Assembly (NCBI RefSeq): GCF_963921235.1
Contig: NC_086112.1
Span: forward strand, 12,152,001-12,216,000
From: Mobula hypostoma
Taxonomy: Eukaryota
Direction: 5' to 3'
Length of the DNA stretch: 64,000 bases
Shown: positions 27,041-40,275 of the stretch, piece by piece
Position numbering within the stretch: the stretch's first letter is position 1
Layout of the letters: each line of letters opens with the position of its first letter
Notes under the pieces: model-generated
Database searches by the model: none
What the model saw: the letters and a program-made list of their open reading frames with translations, nothing else
Told to the model about the DNA's origin: nothing
Program-made: the position numbers and the translations under genes

Positions 27041-28016
27041 TTTAAAAACGTATTACAAACCCATATTTCTAACTTATGTAAATTGTGGAAAAGAACTGAT
27101 TTAGCCGCAAAACATTTACCCAAGTGTTTAGGTCATCACCATTGGAAACCAAATGTAACCCTCTAAATCATCACCTTCCAATTTGATTTATAAGAGGTCC
27201 ATGACCAGTTATTTCTTCAAACTTGAGAAGGGTATTTGTAATACCAATAAACTGTCCATAAAAGTAATAAAAGTACCACAACGTTGTTAAACTAAACAGC
27301 CTTAAACTAGTATACCCAACAGAAACTGATGCCTTTCCAAAACATGTTGCTACAACAACACGGCACTAGTTAAAATATACTGCGCAGATCTCTGGGTAAA
27401 CATCTCACTTACTCTTGCACAATACTTTGTGTGTACTTGATGATCAAATGACGTGTAATTTTGTAATCAAGTAACATGCTCACAATAATCTGAAACTATT
27501 CATACTTTCTGCTTTTCATAAGCTACTACCAAACACCCAAAAAATTAAAGTACATAGCCATGGCTCATCCCAAAACTGAAGGCTGATTATCATTAATATT
27601 ACCTTTACTCATTTTCATTCAGTACTTAGGAATATAATTAGGCTCATCTGGATTCTCAGTTAACCACATGTGGATGGTGGCTAATACGCTGGCCTGCAAT
27701 ACTTTATAAAACAATAGGGGTTCTGTTTTAAAGTTTACAGATTCATTTTGGCATGTAGACAATTGGACTCATTATGAGCAATCTTATTCTTAACAACAGA
27801 TATATAAAATCACTTGTACTGATTCTTGAAACTATAAAGGTTATATATCAAATAGATAAAATGATGCAATTTCCTAGCTGAAGGTGAATTTGTTTTTAAT
27901 AGCTCGTCAGCAACAAAATTCAAATGATCTTTGGGCATGTCTGAACAGAATAAATATACTATGGCACAAGAGGCTATTAGATCCATTGTTGCCACCTCTA
28001 TTGTAGAGATATTCCA

Positions 28017-29025
28017 ATCATAGTCATAGTCATACTTTATTGATCCCGGGAGAAATTGGTTTTCGTTACAGTTGCACCATAAATAATAAAAAGTAATAGA
28101 ACCATAAATAGTTAAATAGTAATACGTAAATTATGCCAGTAAATTATGAAATAAGTCCAGGACCAGCCTATTGGCTCAGGGTGTCTGACCCTCCAAGGGA
28201 GGAGTTGTAAAGTTTGATGACCACAGGCAGGAATGACTTCCTATGATGCTCTGTGTTGCATCTCGGTGGAATGAGTCTCTGGCTGAATGTACTCCTGTGC
28301 CCAACCAGTCCATTATGTAGTGGATGGGAGACATTGACCAAGATGGCATGCAACTTAGACAGCATCCTCTTTTCAGACACCACCGTCAGAGAATCCAGTT
28401 CCTTCCCTACAACATCACTAGCCTTACGAATGAGTTTGTTGATTCTGTTGGTGTCTGCTATCCTCAGCCTGCTGCCCCAGCACACAACAGCAAACGTGAT
28501 AGCACTGGCCACCACAGACTCGTAGAACATCCTCAGCATCATCCGGCAGATGTTAAAGGACCTCAGTCTCCTCAGGAAATAGAGATGGCTCTGACCCTTC
28601 TTGTAGACAGCCTCAGCCTAAGCTGCAGATAATTCTGCTCACACCATGTGACAAAGTTTTCTACCGTAGCCCTGTACTCAGCCTCATCTCCCTTGCTGAT
28701 ACATCCTACTATGGCAGAGTCATCCGAAAACTTCTGAAGATGACAAGACTTGTGCAGTAGTTGAAGTCCGAGGTGTAAATGGTGAAGAGAAAGGGAGACA
28801 AGACAGTCCCCTGTGGAGCCCCAGTGCTGCTGATCACTCTGTCGGACACACAGTGTTGCAAGCACACGTACTGTGGTCTGCCAGTCAGGTAATCAAGAAT
28901 CCATGACACCAGGGAAGCATCCACCTGCATCACTGTCAGCTTCTCCCCCAGCAGAGCAGGGCAGATGGTGTTGAATGCACTGGAGAAGTCAAAAAACATG
29001 ACACCCACACCCTCACCCTCACCCT
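28017..29025 (-). mobile_element. Rex1 LINE, relatively young 3' portion
   Basis: MFFDFSSAFNTI...WILDYLTGRPQYV...STGAPQGTVLSPFLFTIYTSDF, KFSDD, HPLH...RKSFLP; (atgact)n tail. Confidence 0.92.
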
Positions 29026-29402
29026 CACAATCAAACAGCATTTTCCCCACAGTCCTGTAAATAGTTGTTAAATTCTCTTTTGTACACAATGGTATCACTT
29101 AAAAAGCACTTGGAAAAGTATATGGAGAGATGGGGCTTAGAGGGATATGGGTCAAACACAGAAAAGTGAGACTAGCTGGCATAGACTCTTTGGGCCGAAG
29201 GGCCTGTATCTGTGCAGTATTGCTCTATGACTCTTATCAATGTTGCCATTTCTTCAACTTTTGTCACCCTTTCAAAAATGCAGTTCCAATCACCACAGCG
29301 CCTTCATTAAAAAAGTAACATTATGTCGCTTAGGTTTCCTTTGCCATTCATTTTATGTGTTCTGTGTTTACTGACCTGACAAACAGAAACAATGTTCCCT
29401 TA

Positions 29403-29571
29403 AGCAACACACATCAAAGTAAGGGTCTTCCTTCAGTTAGTCCTGACGAAGGGTCTCGGCCTGAAACGTCGACTGCACCTCTTCCTACAGATGCTGCCTG
29501 GCCTGCTGCGTTCACCAGCAACTTTGATGTGTGTTGCTTGAATTTCCAGCATCTGCAGAATTCCTGTTGTT
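29403..29571 (+). mobile_element. Penelope pLTR-only mini-insertion
   Basis: 13-bp TSD caatgttccctta at 29390-29402 and 29572-29584; short inverted pLTR end at the 5' side. Confidence 0.85.
29439..29474 (+). ncRNA. Minimal type I hammerhead ribozyme motif, intact core
   Basis: AGTC-CTGACGA-A-GGGTCTCGGCCT-GAAAC-GTC-GACT: helix I AGTC/GACT, CUGANGA, helix II, GAAA, GUC site, palindromic ACGT in place of helix III. Confidence 0.75.
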
Positions 29572-30549
29572 CAATGTTCCCTTACTTCTCTTTGATTTAA
29601 GGAAAACAACGTAAGCTTCATCAGTCAATACATATAAACTCATTTCTAAATTCCTGCTATAAGATCCACAAAATATTTTCCACATCATTTCTATGTCTTG
29701 AAGCTACCAAGCTAACAGGTCCTAACAAGCTGCATCACTGTTTCGTACGAAAACTACAATGCAGCGGACAGGGAGGCTCGACAACAGGTAGTCAAAATTG
29801 TCCAACGCATCACTGGCACCAGAATACCTGCCATCAAGGATATATAGTGTATAAAGTAAGGTGTCCGAGAAGGGCCAGTAACATCATTCAGGATCGCACA
29901 CACCCTGCTCATGGACTGTTTATCCCCTCCCATTACGGAGGAGGCTACATTGCATCCATGCCAGGACCAACAGACTCAAAATCAGTTACTTTCCCCAAGC
30001 AACAAGGCTGAAAAGCACTTCCACCCACTAAGTAGAGCAGTACTTTATTATTTCCTGTCATTCACCTTATGTACAGCTGAGCATCACTTTCACAATTAAT
30101 CAGAGTATATAAGCTATCGTATGTATTTATATTTATTGTGTTCTTTATCTTTTGTGTTTTTTTGTGCTGCATCAGATTCGGAGTAATAAGTATTTCATTC
30201 TCCTTGCACTTTGTATAGAGGAAATGACATTAAACCAGTTGAAATCTAAATTTCAAAAAGCTTTGGCATAACTCTCATTTCTTTTTATTATGTGCCTTTG
30301 TTAACAAATTCTAAATATCTACATGCCTTTAAAAAATGCCAACCTACCCAACGATCTTCAAAGATTTGTGTGCATATACAATATCCCTAGATCTTTGCCT
30401 ATACCATTTATTCCTGATTTCTTACATTAGACAGTACTTTGCACTGCATTCCATTTGATCTGATAACATTTTCTACTTTAAGATTTTCTACTGATCACCT
30501 CAAAGAACCATCTAATTAATGTGGGTTTAACTATAGCACAGTTTCTCAC

Positions 30550-30917
30550 AATCATCATGACTAGGTGCTGTGTCAAATGACATGAGCAATCATGATCTTT
30601 GACCATGATTATTCTTGGCAATTTTTTTCTGCAGAAGTGATTTTCCATTGCCTTCTTCTGGCCAGTATCTTTACAAGACGGGTGACCCAATCATTATCAA
30701 TACCCTTCAGAGACTGTCTGCCTGGAGTCAGTGGTCACATAACCAGGGCTTCTGATATGTAGCAGCTGCTCATATGAGCATTCCACCTGCTTCCATAGCT
30801 TCACGTGACCCCGATCAAGAGGAGCTAAGCAGGTGCTACCCAAGGTGACCTGCAGGCTAGTGGAGAGAAGGAGTGCCTTATCCTTTTGTAGAGACATATC
30901 TCCATCCCATCATCCCA
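30550..30917 (-). mobile_element. RTE-related non-autonomous element (Bov-A-like motif)
   Basis: Minus strand has gaagaaggcaatggaaaatcacttc (RTE/Bov-A-type motif) and a tgatgat tail. Confidence 0.55.
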
Positions 30918-31891
30918 ATAATTACTTGAAATGAGAGATCGTCACTGTCTCACCTACTTTCTTATTGCAATTGCTTGTGGCAAGTGAAGGCAACCAATTT
31001 TTAAAGTTAAATTTGGATTGAAAATTTCAAACTCAGTCCATATTAATTTTAACATAAGCAAACACAGTTTAATCAATATATGTCAAGTCTTAGAATTGTG
31101 ATCATATTGTGCAGGTTCAGGAAAATATGAATGATTTCATTTGTCATTAAGCCAGACAACACAAGTAGAGCATAGAACATTACAGCACAGTACAGGCTCT
31201 TTAGCCCGTGACGTGCTGACCTCTTAGCCTCTTCTAAGATTGATCTAACCTTTCCCTCCTACATAGCCCTCCATTTTTCTATCATCTATGTGTCATCTAA
31301 GAGCTCTTCAATGTCCCTAATGTATCTGCATCTGCCACCACCCCCGGCAGCACATTCCACACACCCACCATTCTCTGTGTTAAAAAAATCACCTCTGACA
31401 TCCTGCGTTACTTCCCTCCAGTCATATTTAAATTATACTCCCTGGTATAGCCATTGCCGCACTAGGAAAATGTCTATGGCTTTCTACTCCATCTTTGCCT
31501 CATATCTAATGTGAAGCACTTATAGTATTTGGTTTCAACTTATACAGTTCAGGAAAGAATGGGTCTGTGATGAAACATATGCAAAAATATATGTTAATCA
31601 ATATATGGTAACACTTCTTTGGATATATCAGAGAATGTGAAAAAAAAAATGGAAAGCCAGGAAATAACCAAGATTGGAAGGCTGTCCAGCAACCTAAAAA
31701 TGTCATAGCTTTTCATTCACACTTTTTAGTTAACATGCCAGACTCCTCCATGATAAACCCATGTACACATGTATAGTATTATAATCAGAAGGAACAGCTT
31801 TGGTTATCACCAAAATTCTGGGAAACATGGTGATAGATATCTTCAGTAAGGGAATCACCGTAATGGGAAAAGGACAGAAATTGGATTACAA

Positions 31892-31973
31892 CAGGGGTTC
31901 CCAATGTGGGAGGTCTAAGGATTCCTTGCTTAATGGTATTGGCCCATAGCATGAAAAAGATTGGGAACTTCTG
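31892..31973. mobile_element. ~80-bp hAT-Charlie-like MITE
   Basis: TIRs CAGGGGTTCCCAA and TTGGGAACTTCTG; related copies near 33305-33365 and at 60352-60432. Confidence 0.65.
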
Positions 31974-33756
31974 GTTTAGAGGAAGTGCCACGATCCTGCT
32001 GAATGGTGGAGCACTCGAGGGCCGAAATGGCCTACTCCTGCTCCTACTATCGGTCTTAAGGTCTTTAATATGTGTTACATACCCATCGATTCCTGGGAAT
32101 CCAAAGTACAGATTAGTCAGGAAGGAGGAGGAGTATTCCAGATGGCACTGAGAGACTTGTCCATTTGTTAGGGCAGATAAATGGCAGAAGGGATGCCCAA
32201 GATGCCAACCACTACTCTCTAGCAACATCATGCAACTTCTGCTCCTCCTGTGGCCATCTGCAAGGCCCACTTTGGACTCAACAGCCACCTCAGAAATACA
32301 GTGAAGACAAGCCGTCTTCAATTCCAGAGTACTGCCCTAAGAAGAAAACGTAGAAATGTGTGGACTGTCTGGATGGAACTGAAATTAATCAATATTCATG
32401 GGAGGTTACAGCACAATAAGTCAAGAGTGAATCAAATGATATCATTAGCTATGAAAGGTAAAACTGCTCTACAAACAAACCCTTAATTGGCAAGTCTGAT
32501 TGCCGCTTTGAAATCACTACACATTAATTCCTTCCTGTTTCAGTAACTATATAGTGTTAGTTGTATGCTACTCAGTTGAGACTACTTTAGTGCCAACAGC
32601 AGCTGGCTTCTCGTGAACACGGTTAGTGTTCTCCAGGTCATTCATACTGATGGTAAGAACACTAAAGAATTAATGCTTGATCATTGACACTTTATTACTA
32701 ATTTATCAACACATCATCTGTAACTGATAGCTATACTGTGCAGTGAGATATTAGATTACTGTATTTTCATGAGAGATTACTTTGGAAACCCCTAAATTGT
32801 AAAAGGATTTCAAAGCTAAATGATATTGTATGTTTTAATGAGCTTTAAACCTCCTAAATAGCAGCCTTCATTTACAATTAATAAACTTTTCAGATTTGTC
32901 ATTTCTTCACATTATTTTCATATTGGAAGGTTGTGATTAGTGGAGTTCTTGAGAGATGAAGTGCCCTGGTGTTGTGGCCCAGCTGGTCACCATTGAAAAG
33001 AATAATTTGGATAAAGAGGCCAGGTGAATTGAATCTAAGTTTACTAATGCTGCATAGATCAGTTATAGTGCGTTGTGAAGAGGAAAAGTTTTGGAAGATA
33101 TAGAAACAAAAAATGCTAGAAACACTTGATGTCATAGAAAAGGAAATTAACTTTTCAGGTTTACAAAAAATGGAAGCTCCATCAGACTGAGGAGGATATT
33201 AACCCCCCGTGTGAAGGAAAATGAGCACACTGTTCAAAAATCTGTCTCCACAGAATACAACCCATATCAGTGTTCCAACTGCGGGAAACACTATAAACCG
33301 ATGGTTATGCCAGGGACCAATACCATTAACAGAGGGGTCCATGGACCCCAGCTTGGGAACCATTGCTTTAAGGGATTCGGTAACCATAAGCTATAAGTAC
33401 AGAATTAGGCCATTCAGGCCATCAAGTCTACTCCGCCATTCAATTGTGGCTGATGGCACCAGCAAACAACAATTCCTTGGACGGCATCTTCCATATAGCA
33501 AATCTATCCAATTATTTCACTTCTTCAGCATCTTTTTTGCTTGTTCTTTTTGTCTTGTTTGTGCTACTGAAACTTCTGGAGTTTGTGATGCACAATTTGG
33601 AACTCGATCGAAGGATCCAGTGCTGTACTGTGTCCGGAGAACTGCCTCGTGGAGATTAGAGACAGGTGGGGATGCCAAAAAGGACTAAGAACACAAGTTG
33701 ACTCATGGAAAAGACCAGAGATGAGGTGCGGAGCCATAAACGACTCCATCTTGTTG

Positions 33757-34411
33757 AGGAGGAGGAGAAGATGGCGGCACGACGCAGCTTGCAGCGGCCA
33801 CTCCAGTTAATGATATCTGTTAACTGTCAAGTAGGGTGCCGTGCACAATCCTGATTTGATGGAGACAGACATGAGAGCATGGAGGAACATCTGGTGAAAC
33901 TTCTGAAATGCCTGCTTCGCTGCCACTGCTACTGTGTGATCCAGAATCTCCAGAGAGGAAGGCCCCGAGTCCTTGGCTCTGCTTGTTGCTCGGCGGCCGG
34001 GGTGGGATTGAAGCGCTCGGCAGAGATGGTGCTCGGTGTCGGAGGCTCGAAGTTTTCGGACAGACTCAGAGTCGGCTGCGGTCGGGTGCTTCCAATGCAT
34101 CGGCAAGTTTGCGGCGCTTGGAGGTTCATGGCAGGGAGAGTTTCTCCCTTCTACCGTCTTCGTGAGATGATGGGGCTATTGGGATTTGAGACTTTTTTTA
34201 CCGTGCCCATGGTTTGCTCTTTATCAAATTACGGTATTGCTTTGCACTGTTGTAACTATATGTTATAATTATGTGGTTTTGTTAGTTTTAGTCTTGGTTT
34301 GTCCTGTGTTTCTGCGATATCTTCTGGAGGAACATTGTATCATTTTTTACTGCATGCATTTCTAAATGACAATAAATGAGGATTGAGTGTCCTCATAATC
34401 TAATCTAATCT
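33757..34411 (+). mobile_element. Young CpG-rich non-autonomous Rex-type retroposon, nested in an older similar element (about 33448-35035), itself within a CR1 3' end
   Basis: Starts gaggaggagAAGATGGCGG, retains many CpGs, ends caataaa...(aatct)3; the CR1 tail at 33395-33450 resumes at 35036. Confidence 0.65.
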
Positions 34412-36079
34412 CGAAGCCGTGAGGAAGATTGAACCATCGAGATGAATGTGGAAGGGGTCAGAGATGACTCCCAGTAGAGATGGTCAGTGGCAGGATCGGT
34501 GCGTTTGGTACATTCGACCCGGATTGGCGGTGTTTGGACCTGGGTTGGCAGTCACTCTTTATGGAAGGTCCAAGTTTGTGTAGCTGCTCTGCTTGTATGC
34601 AGACAAAAGGACATTTCCTATATTCTTTAATTATTGGACTGTACTCTATATTGGTTTCCTTACGCTGTTCAGTGTTTTCTTTCTAGTGGCTGATTGGCAG
34701 GTGGATGATCTGTTAATTTTTGTGTGTAAAGGGCGGGGTGGGGGTTAGGGGTTTGATACTACAGCTGCTGTCCTTTTCTGCAAGTGAGGGTGTCAGGGAT
34801 CAGGGATTGGTATGTGTAGAGGGACGGTGATTGTTATTGTGGCTGTGTTTTGCTGTGGGGAAGGGGGAATTTTGGGGTCTACGAGTTTTATTTATTTTCT
34901 TTTTCATGTGGGGGCAGTTAACGACTTTTCTTTCACCAACACCTGTGGTCTTTCTGTATTTAATAGCTAAATGGAGTAGATGAATATCAGAGTTGCATCA
35001 TACATGCCTATTTTGACAATAAAATGAACCTTTGATTTATTATCCCAGCCAAACCCATTCACCTGCCTTCTCCTTGTAACCTTTGATGTCCTTACTAATC
35101 AAGAACCTATCAACCTCTGCCTTAAACATACCCATTGACTTGGACTCCAGAACTGTCTGTGACAAGGAATTCCACAGATTCATCACCTTCTGGCTAAAAT
35201 AAATTCCACCTCATCTCTGCTCTAAAGCTGTGCCCTCTGATCCTAGACTCTCCCACTATTTGAAACACCTCCTTGTTAATTACAGCTGATCTAAGTAGAT
35301 ACTAAAAGCTGGTCAAAGAGGACCAAATTAGTATTTAAACTACAAAGCAACAATGCAGTTACTGTAGGTCTGACATATAATCAGAAAATGCTGGAAACAT
35401 TCCGCAGATCAGGTAGCAACCATAGGGAGATAAAATCTGAGTTAACATTACAGGTTAGTGACCTTCTGAAATCAATTCTAGAAGACTGGCTTATTATCTG
35501 AAAATGTTATTATCGGATAACATGATCCAAACTTCAATTCTGAAATGGATCAATTATCTCTTAAATGTTTTTTAGCAGTTACATAACACTCTATAGTACC
35601 AATGACCAGGTTCAATTCTGTCACAATCTGTAAGGAGTTAGTACATTTTCCAGTGACCACTTGGGTTTCTTCTGGGTGTTCCAGTTTCCAGATTCCAAAG
35701 ATTTGCAGTGCAAGTTAGGGTGAATAAGTTGTGAATATGTTATGTTGGTGCTGGAAGCACTTGTGGGCTGCCCCCAGCACATCCTCCTCAAACTATGTTG
35801 GTTATTGATGCAAACGATGCATTTCACTATATGTTTTAACGTACATGTGATAAAGCTAATCTTAAGTTTTTTTCAACTTTACTTTCAATATGGATTAGAT
35901 ATAATGTTTAAATATATTTAGTAATCACATGTACATCAAAACTTGGAGTGAAATGTGTCAGTTGCTTTAACAAACAACACCATCCAAGAATGTGCTAGGA
36001 CCAGTCCACAAGTGTTGCCACATGTTGCGGTGCCGACATAGAAAGTCCACAATGGTCAATAGAACAACACACAGTCAAT

Positions 36080-36402
36080 CAATGTTCCCTCTAAGGTGTA
36101 TGCGTATGCGTGCGCACACATCTTTTGCTACTACCTCACAAAGGAAGTTAAACTGCATAGAAAAGGTTGTTACTCTCTACCTCGTTGGTATTTAAATATA
36201 TTTCATGATGATACACAAACTCTTCCTGTTTCAAATGTGAATGGTGTTGACAACGTGGAGTTTGCGATGATTTAGCTACAGATTTTAGAACTGGCGTATA
36301 CTGTTTTTATTGAGGTGCACACATGTTGCTGTTGCTGGGCAAAAAATTGCACAGCACAAGATTTTTGCGCACACTAGTCATTACAAATTTGAGGAAACAT
36401 TG
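36080..36402. mobile_element. Non-autonomous hAT DNA transposon
   Basis: TIRs CAATGTTCCCTCTAA and TTTGAGGAAACATTG; 8-bp TSD cagtcaat (36072-36079) and cagccaat (36403-36410). Confidence 0.85.
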
Positions 36403-36843
36403 CAGCCAATGTACGACAAGCAACAAAAAACAAGCCTCCCCCTCCCAACATTGCGAAGGTTATATATTAAAATCCTGAAACAGTGTAGAAGCCTGCAAGT
36501 GGTAATAAGCACTAATTACTGACATTCACGGATTAAGTTTCACGGTTTAATTCCAGTTATTATTCAGATGGATAAAGCCTGATCACTACAACACATGTCA
36601 GCATCTGAAGAAATGGAGACACAAAAGACTGTGCAGAAGCTGGAAATCCAGAACAGTACACACAAAGTGCTGGAGGAATTGAGCAAGTCAAGCAGCATCC
36701 ATGAAGAGGTTTCAATCTCTGACCAGCTGAGCTCCTCCAGATTTCCAAACTTGTTAAACACTATAAGATTTACCATAAGAATATCTTTGTACAACAACAA
36801 AAATTGAAATGCAAATATATGGTGTCAACCAAGAATATAGTAG

Positions 36844-37075
36844 TGTAGGGTAATGTAATGGGTGACAGATGACACATATTGTTCATAGTAGAAACAGTTC
36901 TACATATTTCACAAACACCGTCATTGAGTTGTGTTCACTTTAAGAGATGGAGTCTGAAGTAATGACATCAGTGTAAGGCAACTGCTTTTGGTTTGTTCGC
37001 AATGGAAGTAAAGGGCTACAGCATTACTTAAGCACAAAAAGCGACTCTCGCATGTATTATTCACAAAATCCTACA
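36844..37075 (+). mobile_element. Solo LTR related to the Gypsy at 8333-12240
   Basis: TGTAG...CTACA ends, shared ttcactttaagaga and tgtagggtaatgtaa motifs; flanks gtag/gtac give a 4-bp TSD with one mismatch. Confidence 0.75.
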
Positions 37076-37076
37076 G

Positions 37077-38095
37077 TACATAGAACGTAGAACAGTACGG
37101 CACAGGAACAGGACCCACAATGCTGTGCCGAACCAGCTACACGATGTCCATATCACTCCATCATCCTCATATTCATGTGTCTATCTAAACATCCCTTAAA
37201 AGCCTTTAACGTATTTGCCTCTACCACCATACTAGCAGCACATTTCAGGTATCCAACACTCCCTGAGCAAAAAACTTACTCCACACATCCCCCTCTCATC
37301 TTCAATGCACACCCTCTGGTATTAGACATTTCTACCCTGGGAAAAAGATACTCCCTGTCTTTTCTATCTATGCCTCTCATAATCTTAAAAGCCCCTATCA
37401 TATTTCCCCTGAGCCTCTGCCCCTCCAAAGAAAACAACCAATATTTGTACAGCCTCTCATGATTGCACATGCCCTCCAAATCAGGTAGCATCCTGGTAAA
37501 CCTCTTCTGCACCATCTCCAAAGCCTCAACATCTATAGTGGGGCGACTAGAACCCTATGTAATACTCCAGGTGTGGCCTAACCAGAGTTCTATAAAGTTG
37601 CAACATCACCTCTTGATTTTTGAAGTCAATGCCTCGTCTAATAAAAGCAAGCATTCCATAAGCCTTCTTAACCACCCTATCAACCTGTGTCGCCACTTTC
37701 ACGGAGCTGTGAACTTGGACCCCAAGATCTCTCTGTTCAGCAACACTGTTAAAGGTCTTGCCCTTAACAGTGTACCGTCTCCTTGCATTTGCCCTACCAA
37801 GGTGCAAAACCTCACATTTATCTGGGTTAAACTCCATCTGCCCTTTCTCTGCCCATATCTGCAACTGATCTAGATTGTGCTATATTCTTTGCCAGTCTTC
37901 TACAGTATCCACAACTCCAATGTGGGTATCATCCGCAAATTTACTAACCTACCCATCGACATTATCATTTTCATTTATCTACATCACAAACAGCAGAGGT
38001 CCCAACACAGATTCCAGCAGAACACCAGCTCGAAAAAGTCCCTTTGATCACTACCCTCCGTCTTCTAGGTGCAAACCAGCTCTGAATCCAAACAG
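37077..38095 (-). mobile_element. CR1 LINE 3' portion
   Basis: WAEKGQMEFNPDKCEVLHLG...LYRTLVRPHLEY and VQKRFTRMLP. Confidence 0.92.
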
Positions 38096-38603
38096 TCAGT
38101 AATATGCATAATTATAATTCTTCAATGATAGTTTTTTGAAAATCTGATATAAACTGATGGACTCAAGAAATATCAATATAACAAGTTCTGCAAACACTCT
38201 CTGCTGAGTTCCTGCTAAGAAAAGTCCCTTTCAACTGAAGTAGTTAAATCTGGAAAAAAGGTTTACACTGAACTAGAAGAACATGGTAACCCTTCCACCA
38301 AATTTCTAATAATTATATGCTCTTTTCAAACGAGGAATGAATACAACTTTCCTTTTATATGAGGATCTTTACAAGTTTTGCAACTCCTGCAGATTGCTCT
38401 TGTCATTCATTAAATTATTACAGATTGTTGACCTCAATTCCTTTCCCATATAAACCAATTCCCTTAGATTTCAGCAATCCATTTATTTTGAAGAACCTTT
38501 TTGAATGTCACTGTGACTTTTTCATTCTATTCGAGAAAGAATGAGCATTTTGCTCCCAAACAGTTCACAGTGACTCTTCTCATTAGCTAGAAACACTCTC
38601 TTC

Positions 38604-38835
38604 AAAATGCTGGAGAAACTCAGGTCAGCTATCATCTACGGAGAGGAAAAAACAGTCAACGTTTAAGGCCACTAGCCTTCATCAGTTCTCGGCCTAAAAA
38701 GTCAACTGTTCATTTGTGAGTCCTAATAAAGGGTCTTCGCCAAAAACGCCAACTGTTTTATTCCTTCCATAGCTATTAACTGACTTGCTGAGTTTCTCCA
38801 GCATTTTGTGTGTGATACTCTGGATTTCCAGCATC
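38604..38835. mobile_element. Older Penelope pLTR fold-back element
   Basis: aaaatgctggagaaactcag inverted against ctgagtttctccagcatttt, with three decayed hammerhead-like units between. Confidence 0.7.
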
Positions 38836-38875
38836 ACTGCAATGTTTCATAAGAACCAGGCCTCGAAATTAGTAT

Positions 38876-38989
38876 CACAAACACGAGGAATTCTCATTCT
38901 GATCTCGGCCTGAAACGTCGACTGTACCTCTTCCTAGAGATGCTGCCTGGCCTGCTGCATTCACCAGCAACTTTGATGTGTGTTGCTCA
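38876..38989 (+). mobile_element. Penelope pLTR mini-insertion
   Basis: TSD aaattagtat at 38866-38875 and 38990-38999; contains the 3' half of the hammerhead (ggcctgaaacgtcgact). Confidence 0.8.
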
Positions 38990-39329
38990 AAATTAGTATG
39001 ATCCATTGGATAAAGAATAAATGATTTGTAGTACAAGAGTGTTTAATTCTCCTGAATAGTTACTATTAATTTTGGGCAGTATAAAAATTAATTGAAATTG
39101 ACAAATTTCAGATAGTTTGTTTTCTGAATATGGTAAATTTGTTTTTATTGTAAGCAGATATTCAAGTTTTCAGCAAAGATAATCTCCATGAAAAAAAAAC
39201 TGACACAGCCAACAGAAACAAGAACAAAACCTGGCCAGAGATACAGCAATATTAGCTGGAGGGAGCTGAATAAGCACAACTTGAGAACCAAAGGTTGGAT
39301 TTTTGTTAAAGTGACATACAAAGTAGCCA

Positions 39330-40275
39330 GAGACATTTTCCCAGGGCGGAAAAGACTAATATCACAGGGTATAATTTTAAGGTGATTCCAGGAAGGTATA
39401 GTGAGGATGTCAGAGGTAAGTTTTTTACAGAGTGGTGGGTGCATGGAACGTGCTGCCAGGGTGGTGGTAGAGGCACATATATGGAGGACATTTAAGAAAC
39501 TCTTAGATTGGCACATGGATGAAAGAAAAATGGAGGGCTATGTGGGAGGAGAGGGTTAGATTGACCTTAGAGTAGGTTAAAAGACTTAGTATATCGTGGG
39601 GCAAACGGCTTGTACTGTGCTGTAATGTCCTAAAACTTGAACAATTGGGCATGTCACTTTTTTCAATATCCATATTAGCTTTCAGAGTTCAATAAGGTGT
39701 TACTAAGATGTTAGTAAACTGGTAAGAATACAGAAAAGATGTACACGAACACCACCAAGGTGACCTTATCAAATCATGAGGATCCTAGGCATGGTGAATG
39801 CACTCAGTATTTTTCCAGAATTGGGTAATCAAGAACAGGAGGGCATAAGTTTAAGGCAAGAGTGGAAAGATTTTTAAGGGACCTGAAGGCATAGATTCCT
39901 CATTAGTCAGGGCATGAAGGTTATGGGAGAAGGCAGGAGGTTGGGCTGAGAGGGAAGTGGATCAGTCATGATGAAATGGCAGAACAGACTCGATGGGGTC
40001 AAATAGCCTAATTCTGCTCCTATATCTTATTGTCTCTTAGGATGGTATTTTTAAAATATATATAAACGGTGGTATCCACGTGGAATGAACTGCAAGGGGA
40101 AATAGTTGAGGCAGGTACAGGAACACTTTTTAAAAGCCACTTTGACCAGCCACCTGGATTGTAAAGGTTTAGAAAGCTATGGGCCAAAAGCTGGCAAATT
40201 GGACTAGCTTGGATAGGTCATCTGTCAACAGAGACTAATCGGGCCGAAGGGCCTGTTTCTATGATGTACGACTCC
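39330..40275 (+). mobile_element. Cluster of CR1 3' fragments
   Basis: Repeated CR1 3' motifs (agagtggtgggtgcatggaac, gggccgaagggcctgtttct, cctaattctgctcctat). Confidence 0.7.

Noticed and set aside
30820-30917. HDV-like ribozyme at the 5' end of the RTE-related element
   Set aside because: Could not build the P1/P3/L3/P1.1 nested pseudoknot from this decayed copy.
31785-32353. 178-aa and overlapping ORFs
   Set aside because: Patchwork of a hAT MITE, a CR1 tail and an RTE 3' remnant.
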